61,769 nt of DNA, filler included, from 6 parts of 6 records of this genome joined end to end with filler, not necessarily neighbours in it, one strand, 5' to 3'; positions 19,070 through 29,912 are shown, counted from the first letter of the whole stretch. Notes: generated by a model from the letters alone, not told the origin. Program-made: numbers and translations.

Positions 19070-20299
19070 ATGAAAGACAGATTTTTACACCCCAAAAGTT
19101 TTTTTCGGTCTGCAGTTATCATTTCGATTTTGCTTGCAGTTATCCATTTGCCGGCCCAGGACTGGGAACTGATCAAATCATTTCAGCCGGCACAATCGCT
19201 GCATTCCATCAAATTTGCCAACGAAATTGTTGGATACACCGTTTCGTCACTTTATAATGGAAGTACCTTTAACATCCACAAAACCGAAGATGGCGGCGAT
19301 ACCTGGATCGACCAGAGTTCCGGGCATATCGCCACCAGGTTTAAAGACATTTTTATTGTTTCTGAAGATACCGTATTCATGTGTGGAAACTTTGGTATTG
19401 TGATCCACACCTATGATGGAGGCGAAAACTGGATTACGGATACCGTTTCGGCAAACCAGGATCACTTTTTCGGCATCTGGTTTGTGGAAGAAACCGGCTA
19501 TGTTTGCGGAAACAGCGGGGCCATTTACAAAACCACAAACCTGGGCGAAACCTGGGAACAGCTGACACCGCCATTTATTACCGCCATCGAAGAAATCTAT
19601 TTCCTGACCCCGGATTTCGGATTTATCTGCGGCCTGAACTTTATCTATTATACTGAGGATGGCGGGAATACCTGGACGGTACCGGAAACTTTTCCTGGCG
19701 CGACCACGAACTGGTGGCTGCGGGAGTTTGCCTTTCCAGCTGATAGCATAGGTTATGTTTGTGCCGACATCGGTCAGGTTTATAAAACCGAGGATCGTGG
19801 GAAAAACTGGGAATACATGGAAAATTCACCCACCACAGAATCGCTTCAATCAATTGTTGCCCTGGATGAAAACCGGCTTTATGCCAGTGGCTTTGCCGGA
19901 ACAGTAATGCGGTCATACGATGGTGCCAAAAACTGGGAAGTGATGACAGCCGCCTCAACCGATAACTTTTACGGCATGGATTTTACTCCGGAAGGCAAAG
20001 GGTTCATCTGTACACATTACGGTGAGTTGCTGAGTTATTTTGATCCCTACCTTTCAATAGAGCAGGTTCCAAATTCCCCAATGGTGGAAATCTATCCCAA
20101 CCCCGCCACCGATTTTGTATTTATTAAGGGCAGCGAGAAAATCATCAACCTCGAAGTTTACAATGAATCCGGAATGCAGGTGTATGTTGATTTTAGTAAT
20201 AGCAGCACCATAAGTCTTCGGCACCTTGATCCGGGACTATATTTCATGATTATCTCTACACCTTCCGGGAAAACTACCCGCAAGGTTTCTGTTTTCTAA
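19070..20299 (+). CDS. YCF48/BNR-repeat beta-propeller with T9SS type A C-terminal sorting domain
   Basis: Signal peptide; repeated TxDGGxxW Asp-boxes; IYPNPAT...GLYFM...TRKV CTD. Confidence 0.88.
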   Translation: MKDRFLHPKSFFRSAVIISILLAVIHLPAQDWELIKSFQPAQSLHSIKFANEIVGYTVSSLYNGSTFNIHKTEDGGDTWIDQSSGHIATRFKDIFIVSEDTVFMCGNFGIVIHTYDGGENWITDTVSANQDHFFGIWFVEETGYVCGNSGAIYKTTNLGETWEQLTPPFITAIEEIYFLTPDFGFICGLNFIYYTEDGGNTWTVPETFPGATTNWWLREFAFPADSIGYVCADIGQVYKTEDRGKNWEYMENSPTTESLQSIVALDENRLYASGFAGTVMRSYDGAKNWEVMTAASTDNFYGMDFTPEGKGFICTHYGELLSYFDPYLSIEQVPNSPMVEIYPNPATDFVFIKGSEKIINLEVYNESGMQVYVDFSNSSTISLRHLDPGLYFMIISTPSGKTTRKVSVF

Positions 20300-20323
20300 C
20301 GTTTCATTCATGTCCGGGAAAAT

Positions 20324-20428
20324 CAATATTACGTCCCAATGGGACTTACTGTTCATTTGCACTTAACTATTTACCATTTACCAATATTTTGTCCCTAACG
20401 GGACAGCCCCATAGGGGCAAAATATGGG
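20324..20428. repeat. Cluster of three REP-like hairpin units (two direct, one inverted)
   Basis: CAATATTACGTCCCAATGGGAC, CAATATTTTGTCCCTAACGGGAC, and reverse-complement CCATATTTTGCCCCTATGGGGC. Confidence 0.7.
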
Positions 20429-20511
20429 AAGAAAAAACATAGACCCTGATTTTTGACTGTCATTTAAAAATCAAAAGGCAATCTGATTTGTTCATAGAGG
20501 AAAATGTTTTA

Positions 20512-21308
20512 ATGATGAAAAAAGCAGAATCAACCGCAATAATTTCAACACCAATTGTGATTTTGGTAGCCGTTGGCATTGCCTGGGCCGGAAGCCAGGG
20601 AGGCCACACCGCCTTTGGAATTCCCGTTTTTGCCCTGGCCGTGGCTTTGGCATTTGTCATCAACTGGCTGGCGTTTATCCCGGCGTATCTTTTACAAACC
20701 GAAAAATTCTTCGACCTCACCGGAAGTCTCACTTACATTTCAGTTGCGCTGATGGCGGTTTTGCTCAGCCCGGCTATGGACTTGCGATCCATTCTCCTGG
20801 CGGTTTTGGTTGTGATCTGGGCCGGCCGTTTGGGATTTTTTCTGTTTCGACGTATACATAAAGCCGGCAAAGATGACCGGTTTGATGAGATCAAGCAGTC
20901 CTTCCCCCGGTTTTTGCTAACGTGGTCGCTTCAAGGGCTGTGGGTTACCTTTACGGCCGCAGCGGCACTTGCTGCCATCACCACCAACGTTCATAAAGAT
21001 TTCGGCATTTTTGCCATTGTAGGCTTAATCATCTGGATTATAGGATTTACTTTCGAGGCCCTTGCTGATGCACAGAAAAGCCGCTTTAAAGCCAACCCGG
21101 AAAACAAGGGAAAGTTTATCTCCTCAGGATTGTGGGCCTGGTCGCGCCACCCCAATTATTTTGGTGAGATTGTGCTGTGGGTCGGTGTGGCGGTAATCGC
21201 TTTCCCGGTGCTACAAGGCTGGCAGTATGTAACCCTGATCTCTCCGGTTTTTGTGGCGTTGCTCCTGATAAAGATCAGCGGCATCCCCATGCTCGAAGAA
21301 AAGGCGGA
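20512..21308 (+). CDS. DUF1295 / steroid 5-alpha-reductase-like membrane protein (3' truncated)
   Basis: TEKFFDLTGS, GKDDRF, ADAQK, GLWAWSRHPNYFGE. Confidence 0.88.
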
Positions 21309-21408
21309 NNNNNNNNNNNNNNNNNNNNNNNNNNNNNNNNNNNNNNNNNNNNTTAATTAATTAANNNNNNNNNNNNNNNNNNNNNNNNNNNNNNNNNNNN
21401 NNNNNNNN
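21309..21408. other. Artificial contig spacer
   Basis: N run with TTAATTAATTAA. Confidence 0.98.
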
Positions 21409-23146
21409 GGGCATTCGTCCGGAGTCCGTCACCATCACAAGGGCTGTGGACGGCTATGAAGCCGTGAAGGACCTAGTAAAAGCGGACCGTTCCAGCCTCG
21501 AATTCTCAGGATCCCGCTTTGAAGAGCACAAGCGGTTCACCGGAGATGATGCCGTCGCCTTTTTTGTGAGGGACGTGGCCCTTGAAGTGATTTCCGAGGG
21601 ACTCGATTCCAAGGTCGAGATTGCCGACTGCCAGGGCAGTGACTCAACCAATCCCGTGCACATGGCCCAGATCCAGGACTACCTCGCATCGGCCAACATG
21701 ATCATTTATCTTATCAGCAGCCGGTCCGGCCTGAGGCAGGCCGACATCAATTTTCTCAGGCTCATCCGGACCATGGGGCTGATGGAGAATATCGTCTTTG
21801 TCGTTAACGCCGACCTGAACGAGCATGAGAACCTGGAAGATCTCCAGGGGGTTGAAGCACGGATCAAACGGGAGCTGACCTATATTAAAAAGGATCCCGA
21901 GCTTTATACGTTTTCATCCCTTTACAACCTGTTCAGCCGGGCCGGGGCAACCTTGAACCGAAAAGGCAGGACCAGCCTGGAACTCTGGAACGGGTATCCG
22001 GAATTTATTGAGTACACCACTTCAATGACCGGCGATTTCAATAAAAGGCTTGACCAAAGACTTGATACCGAAGGGTTTTACCTCTCCGTTGCCAATCCCA
22101 TGGAGCGGGTCCGGCAGATTGCCGTAAATTCCCAGCAGCGGCTCTCCCTGTTCAAGGACCTTCTTTCTTCCGATCTTTCCAAGGCGGTGACGGCAATGGA
22201 CCGGCTCAAGGAAATGCTCGAGCGGACCCGGAAGCTCGAGGCCATCATGGACAACTCCATGGAGGGGGCCGTGGAGGTCCTTGAAAAAGAGATCCGGGCC
22301 GGGGCCGACACCCTTTTTGAGCCCAGCCAGGGCTCTGTGGCCAAGGCCGTTACACGTTTCATCCAGGGGTACGGAGCGGATCTGTCACAGTATGAAACCG
22401 TTCTCAGGGAACAGGGGTTTGAAAATACCCTCTACCTCATGTTCCAGGAGTTCAAAGGGGCTCTGGATACCTTCATGACCCAGACCGTCAGCCCTGAGAT
22501 CTCCGGATTTGCCCGTGACCAGGAACAGGCCATTGAAAGTTATTTCAAGGCCCTCTACCGCTCCTATGATATCAACCCCAGTGAGATCTCAATGGAGTTC
22601 GCCTCCATCGTCGACCAGATCCCGGAAACATCGATTTTTGCGGAGGCGGCCACGGATCCCATCGATATCCGGTCCATCCGGGGCATCCTTGGGTTGAGCC
22701 TGCCAAATGCCGGGTTTGCCACCCGGTACAGCGCCAGGATCCGGTTTGACTCCATGGCGCGGTTCGGATTCTTCTCCCTTGCCGAACTCCTTGCAAGGGT
22801 GCTGAAAAAGCGGGCCCCCCGGTCCGGTCCCGTCGCCTTGAACGCCGCGGAAGCAAGAATCAAGAAGGAAGCGCTTCGATCCGTGCTCGACCATCTTTCC
22901 GACTACAGTGATACGGTCACCAATGACTATCTCATCCCCCTTGCAAGGGCGATTTCACGGGATTTCCGGGACAAGCTTCTGGCAAGGTTCAAGGTGTGTG
23001 ATGTCGAAATCGAAACCATTGAAGGACTGGTTGCTTCCGGACAGGAGAGCAAGAACGCCCAGAGCCTCACCCTGGAAGCCATGGAAACAAAGCTCGAGGA
23101 TGTGGTGCAGCGGATTGCGACCCTGCCCATTCACTACCTTAACTGA
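21409..23146 (+). CDS. Dynamin-family GTPase (5' truncated)
   Basis: Frame open from the contig edge; G3-like IADCQGSDS, IIYLISSRSGLRQAD, FVVNAD; long helical C-terminal stalk; P-loop not in window. Confidence 0.65.
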
Positions 23147-23200
23147 ATTATCGTGCAACACCTTGTTGTCAATTAATGCTTTATATAGGGAGGCGACTTA

Positions 23201-23644
23201 ATGACGATCAAGAGAATACTCTGTTGTGTGGATTTTTCATCAAATGCGGACGATGCATTTAATGCATCCATGGATATGGCAGCGAAGTACGGGGCCCAGC
23301 TCCACCTTCTCCATGTGCTTCCGCCGGTAGTCAATCCCCTGGTCACGGATATCGATATTGCCATTCCGGAAGAGTCCTCCAAGGCCCTTGTCCAGAAACT
23401 GGAAGAGCAGATGATCGAAGAGTACGCAAAAAAGATCGATCCCGCCATAGACCATGTGGTTGCCGTCAAGGACGGGCATGTTTCCTCGGAGATTCTCAAC
23501 TATCTTCTGGATGAAACCATCGATCTTGTCATCATGGGTGCCTACGGCCTTTCAGGCGTCGAGCTGGTGCTCTTCGGGAGTGTGGCAAAACGAATTGCCC
23601 ACAAGGCGCCCTGTTCCGTTATGATCGTCCGGAAACGGGACTAG
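23201..23644 (+). CDS. Universal stress protein
   Basis: ILCCVDFS, IMGAYG, FGSVAKRI, APCSVMIV. Confidence 0.92.
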   Translation: MTIKRILCCVDFSSNADDAFNASMDMAAKYGAQLHLLHVLPPVVNPLVTDIDIAIPEESSKALVQKLEEQMIEEYAKKIDPAIDHVVAVKDGHVSSEILNYLLDETIDLVIMGAYGLSGVELVLFGSVAKRIAHKAPCSVMIVRKRD

Positions 23645-23660
23645 GCGCCTTAAAAAAGCG

Positions 23661-24137
23661 CTACCTGTTCAACATTTGGGTGTAGGCCTCTTTGATCTCG
23701 ATGAATTTCTGGTTGGCAAGCTCCTGGAGTTCCTTTCCCAGGTGGGCCACCCGGTCGGGATGGTATTGTTTGACAAGGTTCCTGTAAGCTGCCTGGATCT
23801 CTTCCCGGGTTGCGTTTTTGTCGATATCAAGGACCTCATGGGGCGCCCGTTTTGGCTCTTGCCGGGGTTGCGAGGCCTTTGCCTGGTTTTCGGCGGAGGT
23901 CCTGGATTGTCCGGCGGATGAGTCGGTCTGCCGTGCCTGGCCGGGCCCTTGAGCCGACCCCCTGTAAAAGAAATTGGGCAGCCGGCCGAATCTCAGGTAG
24001 TAGATGAGAATACCGATGAGAAAGGTGTCATCGATCCATCCCAGAAACGGTATGAAAAGATCCGGGATGAGATCGATGGGGCTGGCCAGGTAGGCCAGGG
24101 CAATCAGTATCAACAGAAATTTATAGTAGGTGCTCAA
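23661..24137 (-). CDS. DUF1232/YkvA membrane domain fused to a C-terminal J-domain
   Basis: YLASPIDLIPD...GWIDD plus YHPD J-domain motif. Confidence 0.88.
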   Translation of the reverse strand: MSTYYKFLLILIALAYLASPIDLIPDLFIPFLGWIDDTFLIGILIYYLRFGRLPNFFYRGSAQGPGQARQTDSSAGQSRTSAENQAKASQPRQEPKRAPHEVLDIDKNATREEIQAAYRNLVKQYHPDRVAHLGKELQELANQKFIEIKEAYTQMLNR

Positions 24138-24151
24138 GGGGTAATCCCCAG

Positions 24152-25003
24152 TTAAGACCGGTTTGAGAGTTTAAGGACATCGATCATGGTATAGACCTTG
24201 CCTCGGGTTTCATCCGGGGTGCCGTGGGTCAGCCGCTGATTCAGGAACAGGGCGCCGTCCAGGGTCCCGTCGATGTAGATCTTTCTGCCGTTGATATTGT
24301 GCTTGAACTGAAAACAGGCCGACCCGTCAGGGGAGGTGAGGGTGTAGGTGTGCCATGCATGGCCGGACAGGTGCTCTTCGGGAATTTTCCACTGGTTTTT
24401 CTGGATTTCAGGATCCCTGACCTGCTCGATTTCATCCTCTGAAAAGGGGATGCCCAGGCGGTTGTAGTAGCCGACCATTGCCCTGGCGGTGCCGCTGGTG
24501 TCTGCCTTGGTCTGCTGGTGGCTTTCCTCGATGGTGAGGGAATAGTCCTTGAACAGATCCGGGAAGGTTGTGGCGGCATATTCCATCATGGCCTGGAATC
24601 CCACGATCTGTTTTGCCATGTTGGGGGCGATCAGGGCGGGAATCCCGCCATTGGTCACGGTGGCTAAAAGCTTTTCCCTGTCCCCGCCCGTGGTTCCCAT
24701 GACAAAGGGAAGATTGTTGTTCACGTAAAATTCGCCATTGGCGTTCACGGCCGTGGGGTGGGTGTAATCGATGGTGATGAACCCCGGATGCGCTTCAAGG
24801 ATCTCCTTGATCAGGGTGTCGCGTTCTCCGGGCTTTACCAGCCGTACCTCGATCCCGTCGATGGTGTGGGTGTCGGCCTCGATTTCAGGTCCTGTCAGGG
24901 AGAAAGGAACAAGGGTGAACCTGTCGTCGTTGATGACGTGGGATGCGATTGTCATTGCCAGGTTCCCCGGGATGCCGTTGATCATCAATTCTACTTTTTC
25001 CAT
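24152..25003 (-). CDS. dapB: 4-hydroxy-tetrahydrodipicolinate reductase, plant-type
   Basis: DYTHPTAVN, VMGTTGGD, APNMAKQIV, ESHQQTKADTSGTA, GHAWHTY. Confidence 0.88.
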   Translation of the reverse strand: MEKVELMINGIPGNLAMTIASHVINDDRFTLVPFSLTGPEIEADTHTIDGIEVRLVKPGERDTLIKEILEAHPGFITIDYTHPTAVNANGEFYVNNNLPFVMGTTGGDREKLLATVTNGGIPALIAPNMAKQIVGFQAMMEYAATTFPDLFKDYSLTIEESHQQTKADTSGTARAMVGYYNRLGIPFSEDEIEQVRDPEIQKNQWKIPEEHLSGHAWHTYTLTSPDGSACFQFKHNINGRKIYIDGTLDGALFLNQRLTHGTPDETRGKVYTMIDVLKLSNRS

Positions 25004-25012
25004 TGAAACTCC

Positions 25013-26698
25013 TTATAATGTTGCTATCACGCGGTTCAGCGTTGGTATTTTCTCTTTTTCCAGGTAAACGATGCAGGCCTTCAGGGTCGAAAGAGCTGCC
25101 GGGATGTACTCCTTGAACTGGTGCTTTCCTTTTACCATGCTTAAGTAACTGAATGCACCAAGAATTTGAAGATTCCTTGTGATGCAGCAGTGGCGGAAGC
25201 ATCGGACGAACTTTTCGGCGTCCAGGTCCATGCGCCGGGTCAGGGCTCGGACACAATGGTTGAGGACCTCCTCCCGCACCTCCCGGTCAAGATCCACATA
25301 GGGATCGATCAGCAGGGAGGCAAGATCATACTGCAGGGGGCCTTGCCTTGCGGATTGAAAGTCGATGAAGAAGATCTCTCCATCCTTTACCATGATATTC
25401 CTGGATTGGCAGTCACGGTGCATCAATCCCATGCAGGCGCCTGTCAGGGCCTGGTCTGCAATATACTCAAACTCCGGGGCGGGAAGTAGAAGTTCCGTGG
25501 GGGGGGACTGGTTCAGGTATCCTTTTAAAAAGGCCTCCGTGAAATAGTCGCACTCCTTTTCCAGGATCAGCTCCCTTGAGTAGGTGGGGGTCTGGAAGGC
25601 CCAGGCCGGATCAAACCCCTCTATTCCCTTGAGGGAAAAGTCAATGAGGCGGTCCACCACCCGGCAATACCATTCCGTTACCTGGGATTTCGAGTTCAGG
25701 GAACGGATGACGGTGGCAAGGTGGGTGTCCCCCAGGTCCTCCAGGGCCACCATGCCGGAAAAGCGGTCATGGGCAAGGATCCTTGGCACGGGAACCCCTT
25801 TTGAATGGAGGTGGTTTCCCAGGGAGATGAAGGAATCGATTTCACAGACCGGCTCATCCATGGAGATGCCGTGGTCCGAAATCACAAGGGAACGATCCCC
25901 TTTTTCCGCCCGGAACCATTTTCGGTCGGAACCGTCCCCGGCAAGGGGCTCGACCGTGACGCCTCCCGGATTTTGATCGGAACCGTCAAAAGCGGCCTGG
26001 GCCAGAAAGCCGAGTGCGGTCCGCTGGTAGGCGGCCGGGGTGCCCATGTCCTCCCAAAAGGGGGCCTTCGCCACATAGGCCCGTACTCCCCCCTTTTTAC
26101 TGGCTATATTTTCATACACCTCAATGCTCGAAAACACTTCTTTTTCCGGCATGTGGTCAAAGAATGCCGGGCTGAGCACCTGGATGCCGGTGAAGGCGAG
26201 CAAGGGGGCCAGGGGTACGGGCGTTTCCGCATCGTTGCCGGACATGAACCCCGAGACAAATCCCTGGTTGTCCACTGCCACCTTATTGAATTCCCGTCGG
26301 TCATGGAGAACAAGGGTGGCAGGCCAGTTTCCGTTGCAATGGAACTGCCACACCGATGCAAGGTCGATGTCCGTGACAATGTCGGCGTTGATCACCATGA
26401 AGTCGGCGTTGCCCATGAAATCACGAACGTTTTTTATGGCGCCGCCCGTATCAAGGATACACGGTTCGTACCGGGTATGAACCGGCACCCCAAAGCCTGC
26501 TTTGTCGATGAACGCCTCGATCTGCCCGTGGAGATGGTGGGTGTTGACAACAATATCGGTGCAGCCCATCCCCATGAGCTTTTCGATGGTTAACGCCAGG
26601 ATGGGGGTTCCGGCCAGGGTGAAGAGCGGTTTGGGCCGTGTCCGGGTGTAGGGCAGAAGCCGGGTGCCGAAACCTGCCGCAAGAATCAAGGCCTTCAT
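25013..26698 (-). CDS. Nucleotidyltransferase (MurU-like) fused to APH-fold sugar kinase (AmgK-like)
   Basis: N-terminal ILAAGFGTRL..PKPL, DTGGAI, INAD; C-terminal LAGDGSDR, EDLGD, HRDCQSRN, IDFQ, YDLASLL. Confidence 0.82.
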   Translation of the reverse strand: MKALILAAGFGTRLLPYTRTRPKPLFTLAGTPILALTIEKLMGMGCTDIVVNTHHLHGQIEAFIDKAGFGVPVHTRYEPCILDTGGAIKNVRDFMGNADFMVINADIVTDIDLASVWQFHCNGNWPATLVLHDRREFNKVAVDNQGFVSGFMSGNDAETPVPLAPLLAFTGIQVLSPAFFDHMPEKEVFSSIEVYENIASKKGGVRAYVAKAPFWEDMGTPAAYQRTALGFLAQAAFDGSDQNPGGVTVEPLAGDGSDRKWFRAEKGDRSLVISDHGISMDEPVCEIDSFISLGNHLHSKGVPVPRILAHDRFSGMVALEDLGDTHLATVIRSLNSKSQVTEWYCRVVDRLIDFSLKGIEGFDPAWAFQTPTYSRELILEKECDYFTEAFLKGYLNQSPPTELLLPAPEFEYIADQALTGACMGLMHRDCQSRNIMVKDGEIFFIDFQSARQGPLQYDLASLLIDPYVDLDREVREEVLNHCVRALTRRMDLDAEKFVRCFRHCCITRNLQILGAFSYLSMVKGKHQFKEYIPAALSTLKACIVYLEKEKIPTLNRVIATL

Positions 26699-29349
26699 GG
26701 ACGGTTCACCGGTGCAAGCTCGAGGAACTGGTCGATGATCTCACTGAACGTCCGGATCTGTTCGATATCTTCAGACCCCTCGATTCCCTTGCTGTTAAAA
26801 CACGTGCAGGCGTTTACATAGTTGACTTTTGACAGGGATTCCTTCAGGACGATGTCCTGGCGTTTGTACATCTTCATTCCCATGGATTGGATCTTCTTGA
26901 TCCGCTCCTTTGCATCGAATTTGTCCCTGGGATAGGTTTCGAAATAGACCAGGGCCACCTTGTAGGATTCGAGGAAAGGGTTCAGGAGGCTTGAAAAGAG
27001 TTTAAGCTTTCTGAACCCTTCGCTGGTCAGGTTGAAGGTGTCGGCCAGGTCCTGGTTGGGAACGATGATGCCGTCCTCGACAAAGGCCTTGAGGCATTGG
27101 TTGATATGGTCATCACATGTCTTTTCTTCGTCAAAGGAGAACTCATCCACAAACAGGTCCTGGAGGAAACAATAGGTATCGGCCAGGTCCTGGGATGAAA
27201 ACTGGAAGGTGTCCGTCCTGAGAATGGCAAAGGCCGTATACGCTGCGGGCACAAAGAATGAGATGGCGTTGTTCTTGTAATATTCGAGGATGGGACGCTT
27301 GTTGTCCTTGACAATGAACCGGGTGGTCTCGCTGATCTCGGGGTCAGATTCATCGGCGAGTTCGATGAATTTCCTGGACAGAAAAGTGTTGATCACATGG
27401 TTGAAGGCAAGGTCCGGGTCGATGGTCAAGGTATCGGCAAGTTCGGCACCAAAAAAGGTCAACAGGTTCATGTAGGCGTTGACCCTGAACATGAGATCCT
27501 TGTAGGAGAACCTGTTACCCGGGGAGTTGAGGATACAGCTTGCGATGATGCCGTGGGGGGTCACGATGGAGATGGTGTTGATGGAGTTGATAAGCTTGTA
27601 CCCCATGCCCTGGCATATCTGCTTGTGTCCGGCCTCGTCCAGGTTGTCCGGGTTGAGTCCGCTCTCCCGGATATAGTCCTTCAGGGAAACGGGTTCGTCG
27701 AATTTGATATAGACCTTGCCGTATTTTTTCTTGAGAAATTTTCGGGCCCGGATGAGCTGGGAGAGATTTTCAGGGTTCTTCTTACCGCCCTCGATCTCAT
27801 GGAGATAGGCATCCTCTTCAAGGACCCGGTCGTATCCCACATAGATGGGAACAAAGAGCAGGTCGTCGCAGGCATTGTTTTGTTTTGCCCTGAGAAGCAT
27901 GGAGAGAAATCCGAGCTTGGGGGAAAGGAGTTTTCCGGTCCTGGAGCGGCCCCCCTCGATGAAGAATTCCAGGTTAAAGCCCTCCGAGAGCATTTTCTCC
28001 ACATAGGCTGAAAAAATCTTTGAATAGAGCACCGCCCCTTTGAAGGTGCGCCTCAGGAAAAAGGCGCCGCCCCCCCGGAAGATGGGACCCAGGGGCCAGA
28101 AGGAAAGGTTCTTTCCGGCAGCGATGTGGGGGCAGGGCATGGCGTTTTTGAACATGACATAGGAGAGCAGCAGGTAGTCCAGGTGGCTTTTGTGGCAGGG
28201 AACAAGGACCAGGGGCGCTTTCTTGGACGTCTCTTTGACCATGTCCAGTCCGTCCTGGTCCACCACGAGTCCCTCGAAGATGTTTTTGAAGATCCAGGTC
28301 AGAACCTTTTCAAACATGTAGATGGTGTTGAGATTGTAGCTTGCCGCAATCTCCTTGAGGTAGGCAGTGGCCCTTTTCCGGGTGTTTACCAGGCGCTCTT
28401 CCTTTGTTCTTGCATGGTCCAGCATGAATTCCTGGAGATCCTTGTCGGTCAGGATATCCTCGAACAGCTCGTCCCGGGTTTTCAGCACGGGGCCTGTAAC
28501 ACTTCGCTTCTGGCGATTCGTGAGATCCGTCAGGTGATTTCGAAGGGGCTGCACCTGGAATTCGGAGGAAAGCATTCGAATGTCCGGGCGATCAAGGAAC
28601 TCCTTCAGGTTTACCGGGTCGGATATTTCGACGCTGATTTTTTTCGGGCTCTTGGCCAGGGCGATCAGGCGTCTTATTTTGCCGGGCTTTTCATTGCTGC
28701 CAAGAAAGATGTCGAACAGGGTCGGGGTCCGCCTGATGGGCGTTGCGCTGAAAACAATGGTCTGGGGAACAAAAAAGATCGGGGTTGACTGTTGTTTCTG
28801 AAGCTCGATCAGGACCAGGAGCGGGTCGGGCTTTGATTCGACGAATCGGCGATAAAACGCTTTGCTTTCAATGAGGTAGAGAAACCCGCAACGTCCTTCG
28901 GACAGTTCTTTGGCAATGTAACCCGAATGGTAGGGGTCCTTGAATCTGAAGGTGTGGAGAAAGTGGTCCAGCTGGGAGACAAGGGTTCTGATTACCCGTT
29001 TCAACGGGATGAGAAAAATAAAGCCGATGTCCATTCCGATTTCAGGGTAGGGCAGGCCGGCCCGCTTCATGGCCCAATGAAAATAGAGAAACTCAAAACG
29101 GGTCTTGTATTTTCCTGAATAGACGACAATCCCTTTTTCATTGAGCTTACGAAGCTTGTCCATCTTTTTATGGTCAAAGCGTATCCGAGAAAAAATTTTA
29201 TCCAGGAAAAACGAAGCCACGGGGCTTTTGCAGCCCGGATAAAAACATGAAAAATAGTCGTTTTTATGACCGAGAAATCCGTCAATGCGGTTGCGCACGG
29301 CTTTTCTCGTCTTTGTGACGGTATGGTTGAGGGGTGAGACAAGTTTCAT
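26695..29349 (-). CDS. plsB: Glycerol-3-phosphate acyltransferase
   Basis: HKSHLD (HX4D), AAGKNL, GAFFLRR, FFIEGGRSRTGK. Confidence 0.88.
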   Translation of the reverse strand: MKLVSPLNHTVTKTRKAVRNRIDGFLGHKNDYFSCFYPGCKSPVASFFLDKIFSRIRFDHKKMDKLRKLNEKGIVVYSGKYKTRFEFLYFHWAMKRAGLPYPEIGMDIGFIFLIPLKRVIRTLVSQLDHFLHTFRFKDPYHSGYIAKELSEGRCGFLYLIESKAFYRRFVESKPDPLLVLIELQKQQSTPIFFVPQTIVFSATPIRRTPTLFDIFLGSNEKPGKIRRLIALAKSPKKISVEISDPVNLKEFLDRPDIRMLSSEFQVQPLRNHLTDLTNRQKRSVTGPVLKTRDELFEDILTDKDLQEFMLDHARTKEERLVNTRKRATAYLKEIAASYNLNTIYMFEKVLTWIFKNIFEGLVVDQDGLDMVKETSKKAPLVLVPCHKSHLDYLLLSYVMFKNAMPCPHIAAGKNLSFWPLGPIFRGGGAFFLRRTFKGAVLYSKIFSAYVEKMLSEGFNLEFFIEGGRSRTGKLLSPKLGFLSMLLRAKQNNACDDLLFVPIYVGYDRVLEEDAYLHEIEGGKKNPENLSQLIRARKFLKKKYGKVYIKFDEPVSLKDYIRESGLNPDNLDEAGHKQICQGMGYKLINSINTISIVTPHGIIASCILNSPGNRFSYKDLMFRVNAYMNLLTFFGAELADTLTIDPDLAFNHVINTFLSRKFIELADESDPEISETTRFIVKDNKRPILEYYKNNAISFFVPAAYTAFAILRTDTFQFSSQDLADTYCFLQDLFVDEFSFDEEKTCDDHINQCLKAFVEDGIIVPNQDLADTFNLTSEGFRKLKLFSSLLNPFLESYKVALVYFETYPRDKFDAKERIKKIQSMGMKMYKRQDIVLKESLSKVNYVNACTCFNSKGIEGSEDIEQIRTFSEIIDQFLELAPVNRP

Positions 29350-29588
29350 TATTATCTTCCTTTGACCTTCCCATCAAGGTCTGGAATGGCGGTTGTTTAA
29401 AATAAAACATCATCTTTAACAGAGGTTCATTTCGATGGCAACAGAATAGTTGTGCATGAAAAATTGCCTTGATTTACTCTGTTTCATATGATAGTTGGTC
29501 ACACTTAAAGATGTGAAAAAAGGTAGTGTCTATTTATTATCATTGATCTATATAAAGTACTTTTACTAAAGCTGTAAGGAGGACAGGT

Positions 29589-29846
29589 ATGAAGACATTG
29601 ATTGGCGGTGCTGTTGCAGTACTTCTTGGTATTATTGGCATAGCGATTTGGTTTGGTGCATTTTTGCAGCTCCTGGCTGGCGCTCTGCCTCCCATGCTTC
29701 TGCTCGGCGGAGGACTGGCACTCTATCTTGGGTTCGACGAACTCAAGGATAGCTGGAAAAAGGACGAGGGTGTAGAGGCTCCTGCAACAGATGACAAAGA
29801 TAGAATCGAGGAGCTTGAGAAGGAGCTTGCAGAGCTTAAAAAGTAA
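29589..29846 (+). CDS. Small two-TM membrane protein with acidic/coiled-coil tail, MamI-like
   Basis: Strong RBS AAGGAGGA and its own terminator; G-x6-G-x2-G-x3-W and GALP...ALYLG pattern. Confidence 0.7.
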   Translation: MKTLIGGAVAVLLGIIGIAIWFGAFLQLLAGALPPMLLLGGGLALYLGFDELKDSWKKDEGVEAPATDDKDRIEELEKELAELKK

Positions 29847-29871
29847 CTGCACTCGTTTTCAGCGTGTTTTT

Positions 29872-29912
29872 AAAAAAGAAGAACCGGTCCATGCCGGTTC
29901 TTCTTTTTTTTT
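29872..29912. terminator. Bidirectional intrinsic terminator
   Basis: AAAAAAGAAGAACCGG-tccatg-CCGGTTCTTCTTTTTT between convergent genes. Confidence 0.9.
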
